Shown here piece by piece: positions 9,983 through 18,309 of a stretch of DNA of 64,000 nt (its first letter is position 1; each line of letters starts with the position of its first letter). Source of the DNA: a virus. Its lineage: Duplodnaviria; Caudoviricetes. Under the pieces are notes generated by a model that saw only the letters and a list, made by a program, of their open reading frames with translations, did no database searches and was not told the origin of the DNA. The position numbers were made by a program, and so were the translations under genes. Location of the stretch: positions 8,182-72,181 of the IMG/VR virus record IMGVR_UViG_3300028610_002065, one strand, 5' to 3'.

Positions 9983-10585
9983 TTATCTCCTCGTTGCGAA
10001 AAATCTAAGATATAGTTGTCTTCCATCAAAGTCATAATTTTCGCTGTCAATTTTGACTTTAAATCTTCCTTCAAGTTCCCAGAAATATTCTGCTCTACTA
10101 GGAGTCCAAATTGAAGCGTGTGGGCACGATGGTTCATTTAAGAGCTCGGTTGTCAATAGAATATTATTGGCTTCAAAGTTTCCATCTAAGGGAATTTCAT
10201 CTAAAATCATTCTTGCTAGTATTTCATAGTTAGGGACAATCACATCAACAGTTCCTCCACGTTCAGTTACTGTTGATACGAGATAGATGAAATATAGAAC
10301 TTTTGTAAATGAAACGTGCTCGAGAAATCGGTAGATGCAAACCCGATCAAATGGAATAATAGTATTTTCCATAAATTCAAATGCATCACATTTGACATTA
10401 TATAATTCAGTCGCTTGTCCTCGATCAATTTTCTTAACCCATCCAGATGCTGCATCCTCTACATGTGCAGGTTCATTATTTAAATAAAACATGGTATCAA
10501 CATTTACAATAAAAGATGGATGTTTACGATCAACTGGTAGAATTTTTCCACTTGCGATATTTAATATTATTTCTGACATAATCAC
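9983..10585 (-). CDS. Class I SAM-dependent methyltransferase (type 11-like)
   Basis: LNIASG motif I variant, RFLEHV, RGGTVDVIVPNY. Confidence 0.7.
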   Translation of the reverse strand: MIMSEIILNIASGKILPVDRKHPSFIVNVDTMFYLNNEPAHVEDAASGWVKKIDRGQATELYNVKCDAFEFMENTIIPFDRVCIYRFLEHVSFTKVLYFIYLVSTVTERGGTVDVIVPNYEILARMILDEIPLDGNFEANNILLTTELLNEPSCPHASIWTPSRAEYFWELEGRFKVKIDSENYDFDGRQLYLRFFATRR

Positions 10586-10586
10586 C

Positions 10587-10844
10587 TCACTTTATTTTTT
10601 CTGTTCCGACTATTGTTGTATCATCCTTTAATAGAAGCTCGAGAAAGTCTTTAGCTAATAGATTTTTATCTTCTCCTCCTACAGTGATTCTGTGTTCATT
10701 TTTATCATATGATGAAATAAATCTAATTCCGATTTCATGTTTTCTAATATCCCATATCTTTAGAACTTTTTCAGGTCTAATGATAAAATTTTCTGACATC
10801 TCTGGATAATGAATTGCTCTGTAATCGTGTCTTATAATAATCAT
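10587..10844 (-). CDS. Hypothetical protein
   Basis: 85 aa, tiles with neighbours. Confidence 0.55.
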   Translation of the reverse strand: MIIIRHDYRAIHYPEMSENFIIRPEKVLKIWDIRKHEIGIRFISSYDKNEHRITVGGEDKNLLAKDFLELLLKDDTTIVGTEKIK

Positions 10845-11569
10845 TATACATACTCCGTTGTTATAGATTTTGTGAATGGTTCAATGTAAAATTTGAAGTA
10901 TCTTTGTTTATCAATATCATCTGGGTCCATAATCTTGATAGTTGATTGCGTGACCTCAAGTTGTCCATAACTTTTCAAATAGATATTATATCCATTTGTA
11001 GTTGGTATTGCAAAAAGATATGGATCATTTGATTTTAAGAAGGTATCTTTTATTTTTTGAAGATTAATAAATATTCGGCTCTTATTTGCAAAGTTAATTT
11101 TACATATTTTTTCAAACATTTTGTCCATATGTGGATAACGAAATGCTACTCCCTTTATAGTGATCTTATTATTACTATCATATGCTATATAAGTTTTTCT
11201 ATCAATTGAAATAATAAAAGTCAAGTATCTTCTTCTTAAGTCAATGGGGACATGTTGAATGTCTGTTATCCTTAACATTTTAGTTGTGATGATACCATCA
11301 TATTGCCTGAGGACAATTTCATCTTCTTCGATTCGATTCTGTAAAATATATTCATCAATTATTGAAGCTGTTGTAGTTCGAAGAGTTGAAGTTAACCTAG
11401 GATTGTCTCTCATTCGTTTTCCAATTTCAATATTTCTTTCTATTTTGTTTTCTCTATCTATTCCTGTCAAGTCCATCCCAAGTTTTTTCATGATGGTATA
11501 ATGACATGCTTCAATGTCATATAGATATGCTTCTTTTAAAATTAGTTTTACATTTGGATTTATTTGCAT
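10844..11569 (-). CDS. Minimal family B DNA polymerase-like palm protein
   Basis: YDIEACHYTIM (motif A-like), LRQYDGII (motif C-like), ITIKGV; only 241 aa and no exonuclease domain. Confidence 0.55.
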   Translation of the reverse strand: MQINPNVKLILKEAYLYDIEACHYTIMKKLGMDLTGIDRENKIERNIEIGKRMRDNPRLTSTLRTTTASIIDEYILQNRIEEDEIVLRQYDGIITTKMLRITDIQHVPIDLRRRYLTFIISIDRKTYIAYDSNNKITIKGVAFRYPHMDKMFEKICKINFANKSRIFINLQKIKDTFLKSNDPYLFAIPTTNGYNIYLKSYGQLEVTQSTIKIMDPDDIDKQRYFKFYIEPFTKSITTEYV

Positions 11570-11579
11570 GATAAAAAGG

Positions 11580-11866
11580 GGCGGTGGGGATGACTGGCGC
11601 TCTCATTGAACGTTCGTGGCCTCCAGCCATCGGGCCTGTGTTTCCCACCGCCAAACTCCTTTAATATTAAATGAGTGGGGACTTTATATTTAAATGCCAA
11701 CAGGGGCAAAACGTTGGGAACTTGTGTTGGCTCCACCAGAGACAAATGTCCCATCCCCACCCAAATTTTTATATATAGGTGAAGGGCAATCACCACCTAC
11801 TGGGGAGTCTACGCAGAAATTGATGCCTGGCACCCGTTTCGAATGTGTAAAAATAGCCCCTCACCT
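11580..11866 (-). ncRNA. Three tandem stem-closed structured RNAs (11580-11652, 11673-11762, 11777-11866)
   Basis: Each unit is closed by a 9-11 bp GC-rich stem (GGCGGTGGG/CCCACCGCC; GGGTGGGGA/TCCCCACTC; AGGTGAGGGGC/GCCCTTCACCT). G-U wobbles favour the minus strand; spacers are AT-rich; region is intergenic. Confidence 0.55.
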
Positions 11867-11872
11867 GGTACC

Positions 11873-12634
11873 CTATGCTAAGGTTTCGATGATCACATTA
11901 TCAATCTGAAGATGATGATTGATATCTGTAATCTCTAACTGTTTTTCCAGCAACCATGTCATGGCATCTTGAATTGTGGTCATATCTCCAACAGCTTTGG
12001 AGATTTGTTTATACCTTAGTTGTAATGCTTCACCATCAAGAGTTCCGCCAATCTTTGCAGCAATAGCTTCTGCGTCTGGAGCAGCTGGAATTTCGACTTC
12101 TTCATCTTTTTTCTTGATTCTGACAACGGCATATGGAATTGGAGCACCAGCAATATCCTGGCAGAATGTAGCGATCAAGCTAGTTCTGACTCCATAACAT
12201 TTGATGAGTATTTCATCGCTATACTGATAACGAATCTGAAATCCATTGTTATAGATTTCCATAATGTCTGCAGGAAGATCAAGAACAGGATAGACGTCTG
12301 CATTCTCAAATACTCTGAGATTACGTGGATCTTCTTCATCTTCGTCTTCTGTTGTTTTTGGTTCGCCAGTTTTGACGGCCATGATCAAAGTCTTGTCAGC
12401 ATCAACTCCACGAATAGCAACTTTAACTTCATTGATATTCTCAAACTTTTCAGATTCTCTTTCAAACCAGATTGACAGAGGCATGATGTTAATTGAAGGA
12501 ACCGAAGGAGTTGCTTCCTCTTCCTCAGTTGCTGCTTCCTCCGTTTCATCTGGCAGATCAAGATCAGCTTCTTGGAACATTACAGGGCCAGTAGTTGGGT
12601 CGTCTTTTACCATTTGTGTTAAATTATCTTCCAT
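11873..12634 (-). CDS. Hypothetical acidic protein
   Basis: 253 aa, D/E-rich, GGAG RBS. Confidence 0.7.
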   Translation of the reverse strand: MEDNLTQMVKDDPTTGPVMFQEADLDLPDETEEAATEEEEATPSVPSINIMPLSIWFERESEKFENINEVKVAIRGVDADKTLIMAVKTGEPKTTEDEDEEDPRNLRVFENADVYPVLDLPADIMEIYNNGFQIRYQYSDEILIKCYGVRTSLIATFCQDIAGAPIPYAVVRIKKKDEEVEIPAAPDAEAIAAKIGGTLDGEALQLRYKQISKAVGDMTTIQDAMTWLLEKQLEITDINHHLQIDNVIIETLA

Positions 12635-12658
12635 GTCTTTCTAATTCTCCTTTGATGT

Positions 12659-13024
12659 CTAGTCATATTTCCACTTCTTTGCATCCTCTTTGGGATTTTC
12701 TCTCCACTTACTGGCGTTAAGTTCTGTATATGTTTCAAGTGCAGCTCCTGCTAGAGCCATGATTTTAATAACCTCTTCGTACGCCTTTACGGGTGCGGCT
12801 GCTTTTGGTGTAGATGAGTTTCGCTCGCTACATGATTCCAGCCACGGTGGTAACTCGGTGTCCCATTTTTCTGTATATGCCTGAATAGCTTTATCAACAT
12901 ATTGCTTTAGAAATATCAGAAAACTTGGGAATGATAACTCTGAAAGATTTTTATAATCTCCAAATGCTGATTTTTCATAGTCTCTTTCTTTGAGATAGAT
13001 TTGAATAACATCGTTTAATCTCAT
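12659..13024 (-). CDS. Hypothetical protein, possibly MazG-like all-alpha NTP pyrophosphatase
   Basis: EEVIKIMALAGAALE helix resembles the EELIQVAAVAVA..E signature. Confidence 0.35.
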   Translation of the reverse strand: MRLNDVIQIYLKERDYEKSAFGDYKNLSELSFPSFLIFLKQYVDKAIQAYTEKWDTELPPWLESCSERNSSTPKAAAPVKAYEEVIKIMALAGAALETYTELNASKWRENPKEDAKKWKYD

Positions 13025-13758
13025 ACTAATAACCTCTCGATATAGTCCCTATTTTTAATCAATTTGTTCTTATGATCTGGCATATATTCTAGTACTAGAT
13101 CACCTTCCCATTTGTATCTGTATTTTAGATCTCTAACAAATCCAACCAAATTGAATATACCGTCAGGATGATTAATTGGAAGATGTTTTCCTATCTTCCT
13201 ATCCTTCGATTGATTTGATAGATGTATTACTGAGGTGTATTTCAAGAGAGTTGTCATGATCATATAATTCATCCATATTTCTTCAATATGACTTGTATCA
13301 ATAACCATATGTACAACCGGAGGATATTTAATACACCATTCCATAATATCCAAAGGACTTCTTATCATTTTTTTATTCTTATATGGGAATGTTTCGAGAC
13401 AAAGAATTAAACCTTGCATTTCCCATCTATGCATAAATTGATATACAAAATGATCAATTCCTTTATTTGGATGAATAACGTATTTAAAACATCCAAATTC
13501 ATTAAAGCAAAATTCAATCAAATTATTTATATCTTTTGGATTTTTCCTTAAAGTATCTAGTGGGAGATGAACTACTTTAACGTGGGTATGAGTTTTGCTT
13601 ATAGTTTTTGAAATGTCTTCTTTCATTCCCATAAACAAATCATATTTATATATTGCTAATTGAATCTTTTGTGGAATATTATCCAGTGCATATCTATTAT
13701 CTTCTCCAAAACCATATGAGATTGAAACATCAATGACTGGATTACCGTTTGTATCCAT
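13021..13758 (-). CDS. TIM-barrel protein, xylose isomerase/AP endonuclease 2-like
   Basis: VHLP, VIHP, CLET, IDTSH, IHLSN, HLP, VLEY metal-ligand pattern. Confidence 0.7.
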   Translation of the reverse strand: MDTNGNPVIDVSISYGFGEDNRYALDNIPQKIQLAIYKYDLFMGMKEDISKTISKTHTHVKVVHLPLDTLRKNPKDINNLIEFCFNEFGCFKYVIHPNKGIDHFVYQFMHRWEMQGLILCLETFPYKNKKMIRSPLDIMEWCIKYPPVVHMVIDTSHIEEIWMNYMIMTTLLKYTSVIHLSNQSKDRKIGKHLPINHPDGIFNLVGFVRDLKYRYKWEGDLVLEYMPDHKNKLIKNRDYIERLLV

Positions 13759-14648
13759 TATAAGTATCTCCTTCCATTAAACCCCCCCGGTATTCCTTTC
13801 CAGTTAATTGCAATAGCCTCGGATGTATGAATAGATTCTTCATGAGTACATTTGACAATCCAATCATGTAGTTCATTTTTATCATCTAAGACTTTAGAAA
13901 TTTTTCGAATTGCATCCTCAACAAACATTGGATTTTGTGCTGCAACTCTAGCAATCTCTTGTTCATCAACCCTTTTAATGACTGGATAGGGGAGTGTGAT
14001 TAATTCGTTTTCGACAGCTTCAATAATATCTTCTAACCAAACGTAATTATTTTCCGTTACTTCGACAACGATTTCCGCAAACGATCTTTGATTATGTGGA
14101 AACCCATCGAGATCATGTTCAGATAGATCGCTGCATAGTTCTGCTGAACAAGGACAATAAGATGCATACTGAATTGTAACTCCTTGAAAGAATTTGAAAA
14201 AGTCATACTTTATTCCATCTGAGAGGTCACTGAAGTCCTCTCGATGATTCAGTTGTCCTTCAAACTTACACTTATAATAGATGGGAAATTCATTTTTTGA
14301 TAAAATTGATTTTCGCTTTATCGGCATACGAAATTCAAATTTCATGTATGTAGAATCCGTTTCAAGATTTTTCTGTAATTTTGCAAGTATCTGTTTGATT
14401 AATTTATGCTTTAGTGGTAAGTCAAGATATGGTTTTAGAGTTAACAACAATCTCGACATTGAGATCCCTTTTATCTTTTCATTTAAGCTGGTTCTCATTG
14501 ACACATTTGCATTGAGTTGATGAAAACCTCCATACTTAGATTCTAAACTAAAAGGAACCTCAACATTTTCGACTCCAACCTGCATAATGGGGATTTGGAT
14601 ATCGGGAACTGAACATTGAATATCAGGTAAACTCTCTAGCGTCATCAT
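13758..14648 (-). CDS. folE2: GTP cyclohydrolase IB (FolE2)
   Basis: MQVGV, KGISMSRL, CPCS, HNQRS, NPMFVEDAIR, EESIH motifs. Confidence 0.92.
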   Translation of the reverse strand: MMTLESLPDIQCSVPDIQIPIMQVGVENVEVPFSLESKYGGFHQLNANVSMRTSLNEKIKGISMSRLLLTLKPYLDLPLKHKLIKQILAKLQKNLETDSTYMKFEFRMPIKRKSILSKNEFPIYYKCKFEGQLNHREDFSDLSDGIKYDFFKFFQGVTIQYASYCPCSAELCSDLSEHDLDGFPHNQRSFAEIVVEVTENNYVWLEDIIEAVENELITLPYPVIKRVDEQEIARVAAQNPMFVEDAIRKISKVLDDKNELHDWIVKCTHEESIHTSEAIAINWKGIPGGFNGRRYL

Positions 14649-14908
14649 TTATTTTTTCCCCCTAATACTAATTCCTTCGGGTCAAATAGAATTAGTTCTG
14701 TCGGCATACCACCCGAAGGTTCATCTTTTTCATCTTTTAGATTTTCCTCTGTTTTTCTTAAATGTGAAAGTGGACTAAGCGGATCACCCTTAGTTATACC
14801 CAATTTTCTTTTTTTTCTTTTAATAGAATGATCACGAAGAGTATCATTATAGAAATAGTCCATAGTAGAGGAAGTAGATGTTGAAGTTTCCCAACTAAAA
14901 GAACTCAT
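14645..14908 (-). CDS. Hypothetical protein
   Basis: 87 aa, ATGA overlaps on both sides. Confidence 0.55.
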   Translation of the reverse strand: MSSFSWETSTSTSSTMDYFYNDTLRDHSIKRKKRKLGITKGDPLSPLSHLRKTEENLKDEKDEPSGGMPTELILFDPKELVLGGKNK

Positions 14909-17904
14909 TTGTGATTAACCCCTATAACAGTTAGATAAGAGTTTAACAATTTTACTGATTCAGGTACCGTATTTAAATCTTTTGAATCTTCAATTAAATT
15001 TGATTCAATGAAGTTTCGTATATAGCTATTCTTTAAATCAATACAATCGGATTTGGTTGTCAAAAATTCAAATAGATTATGTGGAGCATCATGCCCAATT
15101 AGACATGCTGTTTCCATTTCGCCACATCTTTGACCGCCTTTGTTCTTCCGACCTCCGAGGGGTTGTAGAGTTCGTCTTGCATATGCTCCGATACCTCTGG
15201 CTGCTAATTTCTCTTCAGCAATATGAACCATTCTAAAGAAATAGATATATCCGACTGCAATTTCATTTTCTAATTTAACTTGAGATAAAGGATCAAAAAG
15301 CTCTGTTGTAAATGTTGCACCTGTGTAATCCATTGCTTTTTGTAGATCCTCTAATTTACAAGACTCGAACGGAGATTGAATAATTGTAAAGTCTTCTATA
15401 AACTCTTTGGTTATAATTTTTGGTAATGACTTTTCTAATTGGTCATAATACCATCCACCATCTGTCTTGTCAATAATTTTTATGAAATTTAAAAAGTATT
15501 TTTTAACTTCATCCTGATTGACTACCAGTTTTAGCATGTTGGTTTTCAATGCTTGAAGCGCAAATGCTAGATGCATTTCGTAGAGTTGACCAAAGTTCAT
15601 TCGGGAAATGATACCTAATGGATTTATACAAATGTCAAGATGTCTTCCATCGGGAAGCTGTGGCATTTTTTCATGAGGAACAATTCGAGAAATTACTCCT
15701 TTATTCCCATGCCTATTTGCAATCTTATCACCAACCTTAACTTTTCTAAAATGAACTCCAGCTATTTCTATTCTTACTCCATTAATTCTTTCACGTTTGC
15801 TTTTGTATTTACCGACAAACGAAAATTTATCAAGACCTCTATCTTTGATAAACTTTGCTGCCTTATCTTTTGATAAATGCCTTTTCATCACTTTTTGTAA
15901 ATCATTTTCTACATCTGATTGTTCTTGTAATTTTTTCTCTATCCATTCTTTATATTCCGGTACCTCTTCATTCCATTCGTTTGCATATATGTTAACTTCG
16001 GATATGATGAAGGTTTTTCTAGCAATCAATTCAATTGGTTCTGAAAATACTGAATAGAACTCATCTGAATTTAACTTCTTTAAAATTGCATATGGATTGC
16101 CTGCGTTAACAACGTCCAATACTTCTGGAAGTGGATCATATATGTCACCTTTTAATGAAAGTAGAACTTTATCCGGAGTTAATGAAAAGGATAAATCTTT
16201 GAAATGAACTGATGTTAGACTATCATCATTTACTAATCTGTCAGATATTACAATTCCATCTTCATAATTGTTGCCATAATAGATCATAACACCAGTTAAT
16301 AAATTTCGACCGATGTTGATTTTGCCATCTTTACAGAAGTTGCTTTCAGCTAAAACATCTCCTGTTTTAAATTTGTCTCCAGGTTTTACATAGATATTCA
16401 TAAAGTCAAGATGCTCAACATAAATTTTTCGATAACTAATATCAAAGATATCTGGTTCGCCATCTGTATATGCAACAATAATATAGTTTCGGTCTATAAA
16501 AATGACTTCGCCATCTTTCTTTGCTTGTTTAACAAATTGGGTATGTTGAGTAAACAACCCTTCACAACCTGAACTAATAAGCGGAACATCAAACTCTTTT
16601 AACATAATGGCCTGACGCATCTGTGATGATGCCATTTGTAATCTTGTCTGATCATCATGTTTTAAAAATGGAGTCATAGATACCGGAATAGAAATGGGTT
16701 GCTTCTCTGTAATCTCATCTGTGAACTTTAAATTTTCATCCAGAAAAACATTCGGAACAAGATTTTGTAATACTCCACAATTATCTCTATCAGGTGTATC
16801 AACTGGACAAATACGACCAAACATAGTTGGAGAGATGTCTCTTAAATGTTTTGGAATATTTTCTCTTTTGAATCCACCTGGTCCTAATAGGCTAGATCTG
16901 GAAAGTTTTGTTAATTCTTCAATTGGATTAATAGAAAAATCAAACTGAACAATATCAGATACATTACACTCTGATAAAATTTGAGTTGAATTGATATTGA
17001 ACTTTGGTTGTCTAGCTGTCCTATTTGAGAAGCATAAATCAAAAATGATCTTAGAGATTTTTGATACAACCATATATTCAAAACATCTTATCCTTTTATT
17101 AGTAAAAATAGTGTCGTCAATGGTTCTAATTTTTAAAGTTTCAATCAGTTCATCTAAAATCGAATTGGTTTCCAAAAACCTTGCTGTTAAAACATCAACT
17201 TTTGGGATAAGATCGAGAGCGTATAGAATATCTTCACCTTTTGACTTTTGATTGAAACGAGAATACGTTCGTCCTATTTCAACAATGAAATCATCTTGTG
17301 TATGTCCTATTGATTCATCATAATATGCTTTCAAATCTGCTCTTAGTGTTTCATATAGAAATCCTCTTGGATCTCTTAGATCAATCGTTTCATCAAGAAA
17401 GAAATCTTCATGAACTTTTTCTTTTCCATGGAACCCAAATAGAAGTAATGATAAGGGCACTTTTCTTCCCATAAAACTAACTTGAAGTCGAGGTATCTCT
17501 TTTTCTAAAGTCACAACTATTGTAGCGACATTAGTTCGGAGTTTAATACTTTCACCTCTCGTTACGACAGGTATATCAAACAATTGAAATAAAGGAATCT
17601 TTTTTCTGCCGTTTATGAATATATAATTTTCATCTATTAACTTTGGAATGTATATAGACAAGTCAATATTTGACTGCCCTTTTTGGAGTTTTATTGACAA
17701 GGTTTGTTTGAGAGTTCTTGACAATTCCCCCGATGAAAATCTCGACTCCTTTAAGTCGACTTCAAGGATTTGAAAACCAATCTCTTCGACTGGTTGTACA
17801 ATTTCTCTTACCAACGGTAAAATCTTTTCATAGTCTCTTTTTCGGATTGTGAAGATATTGTTTTCTTCACTCTGAATTTTGAATGTTGGGTTTATTATTT
17901 TCAA
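14905..17904 (-). CDS. rpoB: Multisubunit RNA polymerase beta-like subunit, set 1 (probable non-virion RNAP)
   Basis: GRICPVDTPD, HDDQTRLQMASSQMRQA, YNYEDGIV-like, GDKIANRHGNKGVI, GGQRCGEME; 999 aa, unsplit. Confidence 0.93.
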   Translation of the reverse strand: MKIINPTFKIQSEENNIFTIRKRDYEKILPLVREIVQPVEEIGFQILEVDLKESRFSSGELSRTLKQTLSIKLQKGQSNIDLSIYIPKLIDENYIFINGRKKIPLFQLFDIPVVTRGESIKLRTNVATIVVTLEKEIPRLQVSFMGRKVPLSLLLFGFHGKEKVHEDFFLDETIDLRDPRGFLYETLRADLKAYYDESIGHTQDDFIVEIGRTYSRFNQKSKGEDILYALDLIPKVDVLTARFLETNSILDELIETLKIRTIDDTIFTNKRIRCFEYMVVSKISKIIFDLCFSNRTARQPKFNINSTQILSECNVSDIVQFDFSINPIEELTKLSRSSLLGPGGFKRENIPKHLRDISPTMFGRICPVDTPDRDNCGVLQNLVPNVFLDENLKFTDEITEKQPISIPVSMTPFLKHDDQTRLQMASSQMRQAIMLKEFDVPLISSGCEGLFTQHTQFVKQAKKDGEVIFIDRNYIIVAYTDGEPDIFDISYRKIYVEHLDFMNIYVKPGDKFKTGDVLAESNFCKDGKINIGRNLLTGVMIYYGNNYEDGIVISDRLVNDDSLTSVHFKDLSFSLTPDKVLLSLKGDIYDPLPEVLDVVNAGNPYAILKKLNSDEFYSVFSEPIELIARKTFIISEVNIYANEWNEEVPEYKEWIEKKLQEQSDVENDLQKVMKRHLSKDKAAKFIKDRGLDKFSFVGKYKSKRERINGVRIEIAGVHFRKVKVGDKIANRHGNKGVISRIVPHEKMPQLPDGRHLDICINPLGIISRMNFGQLYEMHLAFALQALKTNMLKLVVNQDEVKKYFLNFIKIIDKTDGGWYYDQLEKSLPKIITKEFIEDFTIIQSPFESCKLEDLQKAMDYTGATFTTELFDPLSQVKLENEIAVGYIYFFRMVHIAEEKLAARGIGAYARRTLQPLGGRKNKGGQRCGEMETACLIGHDAPHNLFEFLTTKSDCIDLKNSYIRNFIESNLIEDSKDLNTVPESVKLLNSYLTVIGVNHK

Positions 17905-18085
17905 TATTGGTAGCCTCCAAGTAGTGATCTCTTATAAATTCAATTAGGTCTTTATCTTCCATATAGTACAGCTTATAATGCGGTATTGCATTTTCTATTA
18001 ATTGCCCCAAGCGGAGATCTGGAAATGAACCCCAAATGGTTTTTAATTCATTCAGGACTTCTGGAATTCTTTTGGGATCTCTCAT
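17867..18085 (-). CDS. Small conserved phage protein (DUF1040/YihD-like)
   Basis: MRDPKRI..VL..L..IW...PDLRLGQLI pattern. Confidence 0.6.
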   Translation of the reverse strand: MRDPKRIPEVLNELKTIWGSFPDLRLGQLIENAIPHYKLYYMEDKDLIEFIRDHYLEATNIENNKPNIQNSE

Positions 18086-18309
18086 TCTTTTGATTTCCTT
18101 TTAAACTTATAAAAGATTGAACCCATAACTCCCTCTTCAACTATAAATGATTTAACTTCATCTATAGTTTTTGCATCTTTGGGAAACACTTCAATAATAC
18201 ATTCCGCCATATTTGATAAATCCTCAGTTTTACTTTGGATCCATTCATTGTTTAAATCACCAAGGAATATATTAGTGAGAATTTTAGTTTCTAGTTCCTC
18301 AGAAGTCAT
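18082..18309 (-). CDS. Hypothetical protein
   Basis: 75 aa, ATGA overlaps. Confidence 0.55.
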   Translation of the reverse strand: MTSEELETKILTNIFLGDLNNEWIQSKTEDLSNMAECIIEVFPKDAKTIDEVKSFIVEEGVMGSIFYKFKRKSKE

